Below are positions 49,341 through 62,720 of a stretch of 64,000 bases of DNA, piece after piece; the first letter of the stretch is position 1; each line of letters opens with the position of its first letter. The stretch is taken from assembly GCF_001447785.1 (NCBI RefSeq), contig NW_015173687.1, forward strand, positions 724,694 through 788,693. Reading direction: 5' to 3'. The position numbers and the translations under genes are program-made. Origin of the DNA: Gekko japonicus. Taxonomy: Eukaryota. Below the pieces are notes generated by a model. That model was not told where the DNA came from, did not search any database, and saw nothing but the letters and a program-made list of their open reading frames with translations.

Positions 49341-49546
49341 GACGTCAACATCCGGTTCGTGATCTCTGGGATGCTCCACGTGTACCAGCGCAAGATTGAC
49401 TCGGAGGAGGAGACCTGCCTGTTCATTACCCACCCAGGGGAGCTGGTGGGGCAGCTGGCTGTCCTGACGGGGGAGCCACTCATCTTCACCCTCAAGGCCA
49501 ATCGGGACTGCACTTTCCTGGCCATCTCGAAGTCCCACTTCTACGA
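49341..49546 (+). CDS. PNPLA7: PNPLA7 coding exon 16 (cNMP-binding domain 2)
   Basis: [20 protein letters not shown]...[28 protein letters not shown]. Confidence 0.95.
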
Positions 49547-50206
49547 GTGAGCCTCCTTTTTCCTCTGTGTGTATATTGTGTAGGGAGCACTAGGGATTCC
49601 TGCGTGAGTCACTCGTCTCGTCCGGCTCCATGCATGTTGGAGGCTTGCCGTGAGTCTCTGGGCTCCCTGGATTCCTCTGAAGCTTGGGCTACTGGGGCAG
49701 CAGGTGGTGGCTGAGTTGTAGAGCATCTGTTTTGTATTGTGGTGGGCCCCAGGTCCAGTCCATGGCTTTTTGCTTTCAGGGAAGGACACTCCAAATTAGG
49801 TAGAGGCCAGTCCACTTGGACCTTTGAAACACAGTGGGCATTTTCAGTGTGCTGTTCACAAAGGTGGGTCTGGATTGGTTGGGTTGTCCCCCAGGTGTCA
49901 AGGGCAGGGCTTGTGTACAAGTTTTACTAAAGAGAGCCAGAATCTTGCATTGAGATCTTAGGCATTCCGTGCCAGGGAACACTGGGCTCTGCTGCCTTGT
50001 ACCTGTTATGCAAATGAAGCAAATTTGTATTTTTGTCACTGGAGGAGGTTATCCCTGTGAGGGTAGCTCCTCTCACATCTGTTCTGGGCTGAAGACTTTA
50101 CAGGGTCCTTCCCTTTCCAGTGGGAGGCAGAACCCTCCAGCTATGCCCACCCTGATCTGCAGAAGCAGCACTTGGGAGCCACTCCTCTACTCTTCTGTTC
50201 AACAGC

Positions 50207-50210
<4 letters not shown>

Positions 50211-50270
<60 letters not shown>
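50211..50270. repeat. (TC)n microsatellite
   Basis: About 30 TC units. Confidence 0.95.
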
Positions 50271-50272
<2 letters not shown>

Positions 50273-50719
50273 CCCGCGCTCTCAAACCGAGCCCTCCCCC
50301 CCTTCCTCCCCCCCCCCCCCGTAGCAGCTGTGTTGTGGCCCATGGGCCCAGATTTTTGGCAGTTCCTTCCGCACATCGGAGGCCTTATCCTCCACCACTT
50401 GGTGGCCTTCAGCTGTAGGCAGCTGCCAGTGATCTTCAGTCATACTGGTCACTGGGTGGCCTGGGGCCTCTTCCACACACACAATCTTGTGTATGTGTTG
50501 CCAGCTCCCCTATCAGGTAATTTGGTGGTCTTCAGCATGGGGCAGGGCCGCCGCATGGGGGTGGCACACCTTGGCAATGATCTCTAGCTTGAACCCCCAG
50601 CGTTACCCCACCATGTAGTAGCCTTGGCCAGAGGCAGCCACTGCCTCATGGGTGTCTCCAGCTTATTGGGCTGTACTTAGTCTGGGTCCTGCCACACACA
50701 TGGCCTTGGACCTGGGGTT

Positions 50720-51087
50720 AGTTCAACTTCTCTTCCCAGTCCTTTTCCAATAGTGGCTCAGGGGCAGGGGGGGAGCTTGCAGTGCCCAGCCACTTCGCAT
50801 TTTTACCCTGGGGCCCAGGCTCACAGCATTGGCAGTGGGAGCGGGGCTGGGGAAGGGGCAGCAGAGGAGCTCTCCGGTCCACCCATGTGGGTTTTCCTCT
50901 ACACCTCCACTAGCCCATGGGGCCTTGCAGAGAGGACACACCAACTTAGAGCTTACCAGCTGCAGTCCTTTATAAAGTTTATATCTCTGGTACCTGGCGT
51001 TACATTTTATGGCACATATGGCCCAGCCCGACAGAGTCACATTTATGTCGCATCCGGCCCTCGTAGCAAATGGGTTTGGCACCTCTG
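50720..51087 (-). mobile_element. hAT-like MITE (same family as 12270-12829)
   Basis: Shared core in inverted orientation; left boundary approximate. Confidence 0.65.
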
Positions 51088-51289
51088 CTCTGGGAGGAAA
51101 TAAAATTGACAACAGGCCAAAGAAAAACCTTTTGAGAGGTCTGCTGCCTACCCCACCTCTTTTGCTTGCCTCAGCTGCAGCCGAAGCCAGATGGTGGCAA
51201 CTCTCTAGGGTGCGGGGAGACCTGCTGTCTGGAGCAGAGGTGGGAGAACTGTGGCGGTATCTTGCCAGTATTGTTCTCCAGTGACCTAG

Positions 51290-53800
51290 CCAGAGCCCGC
51301 AACAAATGGTCAGCAAAGGTGTGCTCCAGCAGGACTCCTCTGCTCGCCACTCTCTTCGAAACAGATGGCTGCTCTTCCACTGCAAGTCTGGGTCCCCCTG
51401 CCAGGGCTTTGTCAAGCTGCACGTGGTTGCAATGATAGCCCCTCCCCCATTGGCTCGGACCCCCAAGACCCAGGCCAGCCCCTCAGAGGGGGGAAGAGAC
51501 CTCGCTACGACACCGCCTTCAGAGCCCAGGCTCCCGCCTGCCATCTTAGATGGGGCCACCCTGATATCTGTGCTTGGATCAAGCAGGCGATAGTAAAAGA
51601 GATTCGGGGTGTGTGTGTGTGCCAAAGACAGCATAATGAATACAAGCAAAAGTGCACACCCTCCTCTTGTTCCTTCCCAGTTAGGAGTAGGAAGAGGGCA
51701 GGTACAAGGGCCAGACAACTCTTCTCAAAACCCCAGGCAGCTCTCTCCAGATCCTCATGACATGGCTAGGAGAAAGGAGCCTATGAGCAGACTCCTGTCC
51801 TCAGGACTCGAGTTCCCTGCGTGTTTTATCAGAATCAACATCCCCCACCCACCCCGGACCCAAGAGCAGGTTCTGGTTTGTTCTTTTCAGACAAAAAGCA
51901 TCTCTCTGTTGCTGTTGAGTATCTGAAAAAGAAGAGGGGGAATTGCCAGGGGATGAACATCAGCACTCAGTCCCCTCTTCCTCCAAACTCTTCTTTGCAG
52001 AGGACGGTCACGTAGCTGAAGCCTCATCAATTTTGCATGTAGCTAGCAAGCAAACTGAACAGCCTCCAGAGCCCTCTGCCAAACTTTGAGGGGTTTCTCA
52101 TGTCATACCCCAAAGTAGAGCTGCCTCACATGTGATTCCTGGAGTCCTTGGAGGAGGCCATCCAAAATGAATGGGGCCTACACCCCCTACAGCCTATAAA
52201 AATATACTGTAGTGCCTCTAAAAATCACTATGTAGAACCAGGACTTCTGAGCAATCTCGAGGCACCTGAGATAACCAGTTCTGGATCTTTTCACTTCTGT
52301 CACTAATCACAAGCTTCCAAGGTATTTGTCAAAGTTCAAGGCAGAAGGAGCGGCCATGCCATCAGTTGTCCCTGGCCCAATGGCCTCCTTTAGGCCTGCC
52401 CTCTAGTTCCCTTGTACAGTACTGGTCTTCAACAGGGCTAGTCAGGAGAGGGGGAGACTTGATTTTCATAGCCCTCTGTTAGGGAAGGAGGTCTTGGAGC
52501 TTGTGGTCATGGCAATTCACCCTTCATGGATCCATCCCACAGCATGTGACTTCTGCACTTAAAATTTGCTACAGCACCCCACCCCTGAATGACTGTAGCC
52601 AGAAGCTGAAACGAGGGCATTAGAAAGCTTTGCATACTCAAAATCATTCGAATCTCTACTGGCTTCCAGGAGAACTTTGACAAACAGGGCCCACTGGTGG
52701 ACCTCCTGATGGCACTGGTATTTCTGGCCACTGTGTGATACAGAGTGTTGGACTGGATGGGCCTTTGGCCTGATCCGACATTGGCGTCTCTTATGTTCTT
52801 ACGTTCTTATGTTCTTATGTGGAGTGACAAAGAAGGTGTTTACCAGATGGTGCCAGTGCAGACTCACAGACTTCTCATCAGCAACAGAAATATTCTTCCA
52901 CAAGGGTCTCCAGCAACAATTTAATTCAAATACTCTGAAAGGCTAGGGAAGGGTCTCCCTGACCTACCTTTTCCACATTTATAAGGCATTACGAATGCGA
53001 CAGCAGTTCCGCCACTGATTCTTCCCCAGCAGCCTCCTCAGGTGTTTCCCATCCAGGGTGGTACAATTTTTCAACATTCCTCCACTTGTGGAAAATGAAG
53101 CATGGGCTTTCTGTGTGGGTTTCTTTTTATTGGTGGATTGGAGGGTGTCCTTACTCATCTAGGCTGTGATCAGGATCTTACTGAAAACTGAGAACTTCCA
53201 CTAGAAAGGGAAGAACTCTACAGAATCCTTCAGTAAAGCCCTACCTCCTGAGTGGACGGGGAGGAGTAACCCTCACAGGGATACCCTCCAATCCATTGAT
53301 GAAAAGAAATCCTCATGGGAAGCTCAAAGGTTCATTTTGTGTAATTCTTCTGCAACCCATAGGGGAGGGTATGCAATTGACCTTCACACTTCCCAAATGA
53401 ATCTTATCAACCCTAAGGACTAGATACTTGATTTTTTAAAACATGAGATTCTTGAGTTGCTGAGTTCTGTACTTAAGCCTGTTTCTGTATAGGAGTAGAC
53501 TGATCTCAGAATACACTCGGTTCCGGTTGCAGCTAGTTTCCACATATTCTACCTTCCCATCTGCTGTGGAAAGCATTATTCCTTTTCTGTCTTTCCCACC
53601 CTGCTGAACTGCTGTTGTAAAGACTCGTTGTTGGGGAAGAAGAAGAACGGTTGAGGAAGGCTGGGGATCGTCTTCAGCCGAGCTGTGGGCCAACAACAGC
53701 ATCAACTTTGCAGTGTCATATCCCTCCCTGGTACTGGCATCCCTCTTGTGGGGATATAAGTACAGGGCAGATGCCAGCTAATTACATGGTTCCCCCGAAC
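51290..53800 (+). mobile_element. Decayed, internally deleted DIRS (tyrosine recombinase) retrotransposon
   Basis: Gag-like FLESLEEAIQNEW (about 52136); LLASRRTLTNRA (about 52650) and KKVFTRWC...KGLQQQFNSNTLK (about 52830-52940) resemble the DIRS recombinase N-terminal region; boundaries approximate. Confidence 0.6.
52686..52820 (+). mobile_element. CR1 3' end nested in the DIRS remnant
   Basis: Matches 58440-58561; (TTCTTATG)n tail. Confidence 0.8.
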
Positions 53801-54323
53801 TCACAGCTGTGAAGTGCTAAGTGCAGGGTGCCTCTGCTCTGGGCTGGGGTGGGGAAGGGGGCGGAGTTGCCTTTTGAATCCAGCGTCCAATTAAGCCATC
53901 ACTGGGACATGGGGAAGATGGTGCAAAGGCTTTGTGGTGCGTGACTTGTCGAAGGCGTAGAAAATGTCTGGCTACAAATAACGTATACAAAAAAAGCCCA
54001 TTAATTGGGGGGGGGACTCCCAAGCTTTGTAGTATGGTTATTTATATAATTGATTTGGGTGGAGGGGGAAATTTGGATATGCTTTTCAGGACAGTTGGTC
54101 CTCTTGATTTCTTTTGGTTCCTGCTTGTGAGCTCTCCCCCATCTACCTTTTTGTGTCCAAATGCTAGCAGCTCCTGCTTGGACGGTGCCTTTCCCAGACT
54201 TGCCCTGCAAGGAACCATTCGACACCTTGCTGGCCTTTCTGGAGCACTCTCCCTGAGCCAGTAGCCTAACAACTCATGCTTGGGATGGCTTGGCTGTGCC
54301 TTCCCTTCTTCTCATTCATGCAC

Positions 54324-54529
54324 CAGTGTTCCCTCTAAGCTGAGTTAGTGTGAGCTAGCTCACAGTTTTTTAGCCTCCGGCTCACACATTTTAGTCTCCG
54401 CTCAGGAAGGATGGCTCCAGAGCAAACTGATTTATGCAGTAGCCGAATTGCTCGCTCACAACTTTAATGCCAGTAGCTCACCAAGTAGAATTTTTGCTCA
54501 CAAGACTCCACAGCTAAGAGGGAACATTG
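54324..54529. mobile_element. hAT MITE
   Basis: TIR CAGTGTTCCCTCT / AGAGGGAACATTG; perfect 8-bp TSD TCATGCAC; related ends at about 38989-39173. Confidence 0.88.
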
Positions 54530-57500
54530 TCATGCACCTGCCTGCTTTTTTCTCTTTTCTTGTTGCCTTGGCTTTCTGCTTTCCTTCAAAATACCTTCAG
54601 TTCTGTTCTGCCTGCCTTTTTTCTCTGTTTGCATGCCCCAAGTCTTCCTGGGCCACATCATTGGCTCAAAGTTTAAATTCCAGGGGGGAGGTTCAAGTGC
54701 TGCACAGCCAGATCTTCTGCTTCCTGATGCCAACTGCAGAGCAAGCCAGAGCTCAGTGGAGGAGGATGTTGTGCATGCCTATGTGGTGTCCCATCCTGAC
54801 ATTGGCCTGGCCCAGGCTTGCTTAGCTTTGGAGATGGAGCAACAATCCAGGCTGCTCTGCGGAACTGGGAGTAGGGGATAGACTTGGTATTCCTGTGAGC
54901 TGCTTCACATCTTACAGAATTCCTGCAAGGGAAGGCTGTGTGGCATGGAATTTAGTTTGGATGGTATCTGTTAAAAAGCTTACCATCTTGCATCTCAAGA
55001 TGCAGAGTAGACTTCGCCCGACGTCTAAAAGACAGCAGAGAAGGTAATAATAATAATAATATCCATTTATTAATTGCTTTCCCCAGTGGGCTCAAAGCGA
55101 TGTACAGTTACTCCATATAGACAAGGGACTAACAATGTTTGTAGGGGATAGGGAAGACAACATATATTCATTTTAATTGCACGCGCCATCACTGCCCGGT
55201 GTAGACGTCTTCTGGCTGGCTCCGTCATTTTCCCGCACGGCTGCTTGCTGGCCAGGATTCAGGACCCGTATGTCAATCGCCACACTGCCACAGCCTGGCT
55301 GGAACATCCATTGCAGGCATTCTTTTCGTAGCTGGGAAGCTGTTTCGCCTTTACAAGCCTTGACCAGGACGTCCAACCATCAGCTAATGCCCTCCCACAA
55401 GGGAGGTTGGCGTGTCCACCCTCTCTAAGGAGTGGTTCCCATTTTATCTACTCGCCGAAGCTTCCGAGACAGATCAGTCTCAGAAGGGAGTCCCATTAAT
55501 GGTGCAGCCCCAATAAAGGCTCATCGTTCTAATCACAGAAATTAGAGGCTTCTGGGAAGGGCCTTTGAAGTTGACATTGGTAGTTGGTCAAGTTGATAGG
55601 GATGGAGGTGGTAGGCCTTCCGGTGCAGTGATGGTACACACGTCTCTGTGAATGACCCCAAGTGGCAGTTCTGGTCTTCCCAGCAATTCCTCCTTCAGAT
55701 GTATTGCACCTGCCACTACACTGTCTTTGGCTTCAATGCAGTGGTTCCAGTTCTGTGGGTTGGTCTTCCTGAAAAGGTCAAGAGGACACCTTCCCTTCTG
55801 ACCTCCAGGAAACTTTAAGGCTGAACTGATCTGGAGCGGCTTCATGGGCAGCTTAGAATGATAGATGTTCTGGTCTGCACTGTTTCATGGTGCTGGACTG
55901 GGCTTTTCTGAATTCTCTTGGAAGGTGTTTTGAGCCCCTTTGGGGGGCTAAAAAGTGGAGTAAAACATTTCAATGTGTGGGTAAAGGTGAGTGGGTGTGC
56001 ATGTGGTATATAGGTGGGTAGGCTCATGCACATGTGAAATGTTAATTCTGTACAGAATCTCTTTCCACATAAAGCTTCAGTAATGTGCAACGTAACCCTG
56101 AGTTCTACAGTTGCTAGCTGCAGTCCAGCACAGAGTTCAGTGGCTTTATGCTGATTAATTTTAGGGGCTTATGTGTCCTTAAATGGCCGGCTGTTATCTT
56201 GTTGTCTTTGCAACCTTCTGGGCTGTATACATCTTTTACTTTTTCAGTTTTCTTGAATCTGTAGGGCAATGGAAATGGAAGCACATGTAAGGAATCAAAG
56301 AAATACAATAGGTAGCATTACAAAGCAACCTTCAGGAGAGTAAATCTTAGCATTCCTGTTTACCATTTCCCCCCCAAACAAAAATTGTCTAATCAGTTGT
56401 TCTTGAAAATATCCTTTGCTTATCTCTTAGATGGGGTCCTTTAAATTAAGTTAGTTTTCTTTGTAAGAATCCTATCCTGGTTGACAGGAGAATGAATTGG
56501 AAACCCCAGTTTGGACTGGTTTTGCACGACCAGCTCTTTCTGTAGCTCATGTATCTGCTTGCTAAAGAAGTTCTGATAACAAGAACCCCACGTCCCTTGC
56601 TCGATATGCAGCAAAGCCCCTTTTGAACGCTACAATCCCCATTAATACTCGCAGAGGAATGAGACGGCAGAGACTCGGGGTGTTAAAATGGACGTGCACA
56701 ATTCCAGACTGCAGGCGGGGAAATCACATTTTGCAACACTCCCCCGTTCTAAAAGTACCCTACAGATAGAAAGCCAGCACAGCAAGCAGAGAGAAGGGTT
56801 CGCTGTTTTGTGGGGGGGGAGGTTTTTTGAAAGAACATCCTAAGTTGGAAGCCACCACCTGCACTCTGAAGCCCATTCTACCATCTCTTACTGTTTGTGT
56901 TTGTGAACCAGGCCTGAATGCTGGGTTTTGGCAAGACCATGCCTTCTGGAATGCTGTCTGGTTGTTAAATATGGTGTGCATCTGAGAAAAAGACAAACTC
57001 TCTGGAATTTTTTAAAAAAATTGTAATTAGGAGCTACAAATAGATGAAAATATGCAGATACAGCTGCAGGTGTTCATAAGCTGTTGTTGACTGTTGAATG
57101 ATGCTTATTTCCCGAACAGCACTAATTCACCCGAGGTGCCATTTATTTTGCATTGCACTGCCTAGTTCCTAAATCTCTTCTACTATAACTTTAGGCCCCA
57201 GGGTTTACAGAAGGCTTGTCAATCGCGGCTCATCTGGTCAGTGACTGTAAGATTCTCTCCCTCCCACTTCTCCCAAATGACCAGCAAGGACACTTTTTGC
57301 CAGCTAGAGAGCTTGGTCATTTTTCCCCTTTCTCGTAGGCTATCCATGGACCACAAATTCATTTAGTAGAGATGGGGACCATCTGGCAGACTAATAAGAT
57401 TTTGTTGTTGTTGGCTAGTAAACCTTGTGGATTTCGTTGCAAGTTGGAGGGTCCTGTCTACTCTCCTTTTCCTTGCAGCCCAGTCGCTGTTTTCCTGGGA

Positions 57501-57799
57501 CAGGCCTGCCTGAGGGGATCTTGAGGATATGGGTGGTCATATGAATCTTCCCATATCCTGAGGTGTATATGAGGTTCTTTTAAGTGTTTCTGTGCTAGCT
57601 TGAAGTATGGCAGGGCAGGATATGTAGAATTTTTACAAACCTGCAGAAGAGGTACTGGAGCAGGTTATTACATGCAGGAGGTCCTGGAACCTGTCCCCAG
57701 CATCTCCATTTAAAGCATCTCAGGTAACCGGTACTGGACCCCGGAGAGCCATCACTGGTCAGAATAGACACTGCTGGTGAGCTAGATGACAATGTGACA

Positions 57800-58561
57800 G
57801 TGTGCGACTGCAATAAAAAAGGCCAACGCTGTGCTGGGGGTTATTAGGAAGAAAACAAATCAGCCAGTATCATAATGCCCCTGTATAAATCGATGGTGTG
57901 ACCTCATTTGGAGTACTGTGTACAGTTCTGGTCACCACACCTCAAAAAGGATAGAGCATTGAAAAAAGTGCAGAAAAGGGCAACTAGAATGATAAAAGGG
58001 TTGGAACACTTTCCCTAGAAGAAATGTTAAAGAGTTTGGGGCTCTTTAGCTTGGAGAAATGACGGCTGAGGGGTGACATGATTGAGGTTTACAAGATTAT
58101 GCATGGGATAGAGCAGGTAGAGAAAGAAGTACTTTTCTCCCTTTCTCGCAATACAAGAACTCATGGGCACTCAATGAAATTGCTGAGCAGTCGAGTTAGA
58201 ACAGATAAAAGAAAGTACTTCTTCACCCAAAGAGTGATTAACACATGGAATTCACTGCTACAGGAGGTGGTGGCGGCTACAAGCATGGGCAGCTTCAAGA
58301 GGGAATTAGATAAACATATGGAGCAGAGGTCCATCAGTGGCTATTAGTCACAAGGTATAGATAGGAACTCTCAGTCTGGGGCAAGTGATGCTCTGTATTC
58401 TTGGGGGGGGGGGGACCAACAGTGGGAGATCTAGTGTCCTGGCCCCACTGGTGGACCTCCTGATGGCACCTGGTATTTTTGGCCACTGTGTGACAGAGTA
58501 TTGGACTGGATGGGCCATTGGCCTGATCCAACATTGGCTTTTCTTATGTTCTTATGTTCTT
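57800..58561 (+). mobile_element. CR1 LINE 3' portion (ORF2 C-terminus, 3' UTR, tail)
   Basis: [11 protein letters not shown]-like region, MIEVYKIMHG...FFTQRVINTWNSL, (TTCTTATG)n tail. Confidence 0.92.
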
Positions 58562-58843
58562 GGTGGGAGGCAGCTTCTTCAGGGGGAGGATGGGGCATGG
58601 CTCACTGGTACACTACATTATTTGCATGCAGAAGGTCAGTCTTGTGTAAAAGGATTCCTGTTACTGGTTAGGAAAGACCCTTTCTTTTCACGAGACTCTG
58701 GAGAGCAGCTGCCCGTTGGAGGAACCCGTCCTGAGCTATAGAGACTAATGACCTGACTTGGCGGTCCACCAGCCAAGTTGTGCAGCTACCCTTCCATGCA
58801 TGTGCAAAAAATCTCTTCTTAACGGCTTGGCCTTGCTCTGCAG

Positions 58844-58975
58844 CATAATGCGGGAGCAGCCAACAGTCGTCCTGGGTGTGGCTCACACTGTTGTGAAGAG
58901 GATGTCGTCCTTTGTGAGGCAGATTGACTTTGCTCTGGACTGGATGGAAGTGGAAGCCGGACGTGCTGTTTACAG
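58844..58975 (+). CDS. PNPLA7: PNPLA7 coding exon 17
   Basis: [43 protein letters not shown](R). Confidence 0.95.
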
Positions 58976-59580
58976 GTAGGGTGTGCAAAAACCCTGAGCA
59001 CCATCTGGAGGGAGGGGGTGGGAAACCACTATCAGCAGTTCTGTTCCTGAGAGCCAGTGCAGTGTGTAGCGGTTAGAGTGTTAAGGAGCAGGGAGACCTG
59101 GATTCAAATCCCCATTCAGCTTTGAAGCTCCTGGACTTGAGCCGGTCACTTTTTCTCAGACCAACCTACCGCACAGGGTTGTCATGAGGATAAAATGGAG
59201 GAAGGGAGATCTATGTACATTGCTCTGAGCTCATTCTGGCGGAAGGGCAGGATAAGAGTATGCGGAGTATGTAGTGTTGCTATTGTTTTGTGAGGTTCAG
59301 GTTAGCCAAACTGAAATGCTCATGCGGCCCGCTGCACAAAAGAGAGTATGTGGCCTATGTACATGTACAAAGAAATCGAGTGATGTAGCCTTGCTTAGAC
59401 TGTACCACTCTGAACTATGAGCAGGGGGAGGGTGCCTTGGAGGCCTTCATAGGTCTGCACTTCTTTGGATCTTCCAAAAACAAGGGAGAGATGATCCAGG
59501 GTCTTCTCCAATCCCTGTTGTGATTTTGTGTGCGCATGTGCATGGGGACCTAACAGTGTGTGTGGATTCCTCCATCGTAG

Positions 59581-59704
59581 GCAAGGCGACAACTCAGATT
59601 GCACCTACATTGTGCTGAATGGGCGACTCCGCTCCGTCATCAGGATGGATGATGGGAAAAAGCATTTGACCGGTGAATATGGCCGCGGGGACCTGATTGG
59701 TGTG
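59581..59704 (+). CDS. PNPLA7: PNPLA7 coding exon 18 (cNMP-binding domain 3); gene continues past the window
   Basis: [41 protein letters not shown]; patatin domain exons not seen in the window. Confidence 0.95.
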
Positions 59705-61959
59705 GTAAGAGACTGGCAGCTGTGTGGGCTGCTCTTTCTGGCTTGCTTGCTGTACTGGGGGTCGTCTCTGCTTGGTAAAGCAATTTCATACAGATGTGAA
59801 ATAGGAGAGGGAGCCACTTACCTTTCAAGGTGCCGTCAGCACTGGAGGCTAGTCAACCGGGGAAGGGGCATTCTCTGAGCCACTTAGTGACCAGCTGTCT
59901 CCAGCTGCAGTCAGACCACATGTTAGCAGGAACCAGATGGGAACTCTAGCTGGCTTCTGTACCGTTGGATCCTTTCTGGGCTGGGAGCCGCAGTACCCTC
60001 CATTCATCTACAAAACTGATGCTTTCTCTTTTCACAGAAACGGGCCGCCTCAAAGCAGCTAACAAAAATAATTTATAATAATATTAAATGGCACATGACA
60101 TGGCACGGTGTCTCACAGAGGGGAGGCAGTTTGGCAAGGGAAGTGGGGCTGAGCAGCTGGTGCTGACTGAGTTTGTGGTGGCAGCTGGTCTTCTCTTCTA
60201 CAGTGGTGGCACAGCAGTGCAGCTGAAATTAGGGCAGCCGCTCCCTTCTCTTGCCAGAGACAGAGAATAAAGGCTCCTGGGCCCTACTGCCAGAGTCCCT
60301 GGTGGCCTTACAGTCGCAGCTGGACGCTTGATCTGAAGGGAAGATCCCTTAAATCCCTGGTGTCTGATTAAAAGAATTAACAGAAGTTCAGTGCTGCTGG
60401 TATATCCGAGGCTTATAAGACTTCTGCCCTTTAGTGTGAGCCTGGCAGGGACACACATGATTTCCTGAGAACTGGGTAAAGAATTCAGCATTCTGAGAGC
60501 CTCAACCTTCTTCATCTCCTCCCATGTTTCCTGTAGTCATCCATGAGCATTTCAGTGCCCTGCTTGGCTCTTGGACTTCATGTTAAGTCCCGAGCTGCCT
60601 GCCACAAGAAAACCACTAGTAAAGTGAAATAATTAAAGGCTCTCTCCCGGGAGTGCAAAGCTCCTGCCACAGAGGTGTCTGCCTGTTGGGTTTCTCTGAG
60701 TTGCAGTTCTAAACCACCCTGCTTTACGTTAGGAGGTGTGTCCAGAATAGCAGCTCTTACAAAGGGGGGTCCCTTCTGTTGGAGGGAGTCATCTCTCCTT
60801 TGCTCTACCATTAAATTTCTTGGTCAAAGAATGGAGGATGTCTCAAATTTTCATTCATGCCCCCCCCATCCCAAAAGGAACAGAGTAAATTATGCAAAAT
60901 AAGCACAGTACAAATCTTATTTTAACTTCTACCATTAAAAAGGGTTGCAGAATTCAGTGTTCCTTTACTGCAGAATGTTGGTATATTCTTTCAAAGCACC
61001 TGGCAGTTAAAAGATCTCTCTTTTAAGTAAACTCCACAGCAGTGAAACAAAAGGCTTTTAAAGACATTTCCACAACACCGTTCTGCCCAGCAGCCAGTGA
61101 TACATTGCTGCGAAGATGAAATTAAATTAGCAAATGCCGCAGTGAGCCAAGTTCACTAGGCAGTGAATTCCATTTTACGCTCCAAGAGATAGGGATATTA
61201 TAGCTTGCTCTAAACATTCCAGTTAATTCAACTAATAAATATTAGCCGAGTGGTGGCAGTGAACGGGAGTAGTCCAAAACCAGTAGTGGGGTGGAGAAGA
61301 ATAGTCCAAGATCAGCAGCATAAGGACCATTCAGACTTGTTTGGCTGGAGACCAAAGAACTGCACAGTTAGTTTTGCATCATCCACTGGCTCTTTGAGCT
61401 TCTGTTTCTTGCCCCATGCCATGGATTGACCTGTTTTTTAAAACTCTAAGGAGGGTTTCAAAATCAAATGATGATTTATCTTAGACTATTTATACCTTTT
61501 AGTATATTTCTCTCAAAGGGACATCCAGCAATGGATGTTAAACAATCAGGAAAGGCAATGAAACTGTATCGGTATGCAAGCTGTATCGGTATGCAATCAA
61601 CAACAAGACCCACAATAATCCAATAATAAAACCAACAGTAAAATCATAATGCCCCTAATAAAAAAGCAGTAATAAAACAAGTAGAACAGGTCTAAAATCT
61701 CTTCAGGGGAAGAATAATTTCTTTTAAAAATAATAAAAAAGAGCAGCACAAGACTAGTCTAGGGTTGACTGGCTGCCTCTCGGCACCCCAAAGTACTCTG
61801 GGAACAGGGCAAAGGGCAAATGTGAAGTCATTTGACATCAGAACATCTGCCGACACTCTGGACTTCTCCCTGAACTCTGTAGTATGATAGAATTTTGGGG
61901 AAAGTTTTAGAGGCAGCTTCTCATTTTGAAGCAGACAGACAAGCCTTTATTGGCGCACG

Positions 61960-61996
61960 CGCACACACACACAAACACACACACACACACACACAC
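61960..61996. repeat. (CA)n microsatellite
   Basis: Directly visible. Confidence 0.9.
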
Positions 61997-61999
61997 AAT

Positions 62000-62720
62000 T
62001 GGAAGCCAGGTAATTACATATCAGAAAGTACAAAATCCATATAAGGTAAAATTGGAATTGCAACATAAGAAAACAAAGTAAAAGCATAAAAACCCCTAAT
62101 AGTATTACTTATCAAGACGTGTAATCATAGCACTGAGAAGAAATTTTGCTGCTGTTTCAGTTATTTCTGTATCTGGATTATCAAGCAAGAAAAGAACCTT
62201 AAAATCATCAGAGGTCTCTTAAAAATTGAGCTACTATGGGATACAGAAGATCCTGATGGGACACCAGATAGAGAGGACACTGAAGGAGAACATGGGCGAT
62301 TTTAAAGCAATAAATATTATTTTTTATTTCCTTCTTGTGGCATTCAGTACAGTATTTGTGAGACCCAAAATAGCCTCATTGAAACATACAACGATATCAG
62401 AAACTGACTTTCACCAACTGAAATTTGCCCTCACTGGTTAATTGACCAGCATTTCAGTTTTCTGACTGACCAAATTGTAAAGCCTTCAAGCCCTGGAAAA
62501 AAGCCGTAATGTTTATTCAGTCCCTAAATAAATTAATACCGCAATTAATTCCTATTTTGTGTAGAACTGAGTAGCGATTTCCTGTGTGACACTTGATCAG
62601 ATGCAAACATGACCTGTAGTTCAAAACAGAGGGCCAGTTACGGTGTCTATAAAAGGCTTTAAGGTTAGCTTGATGCAATCCATCTTCTGTGAACCCCCAC
62701 TGTGTGCACTTTCCCCCTGT
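62000..62720 (-). mobile_element. Decayed LINE 3' fragment, clade uncertain
   Basis: IAHVLLQCPLY...DNPDTEITETAAKFLLSAMITR resembles a LINE ORF2 C-terminal zinc-knuckle region. Confidence 0.5.

Noticed and set aside
49080-49538. 152-aa minus-strand ORF as a nested gene
   Set aside because: Chance fusion of the antisense of exon 16 with the L2 ORF2 C-terminus
50723-51718. 331-aa minus-strand ORF, the longest in the window
   Set aside because: Crosses a MITE boundary and the antisense of the DIRS relic; no domain signature or splice structure
61564-61596. Tandem duplication of CTGTATCGGTATGCAA
   Set aside because: Isolated two-copy local duplication within a decayed LINE tail; no sign of function
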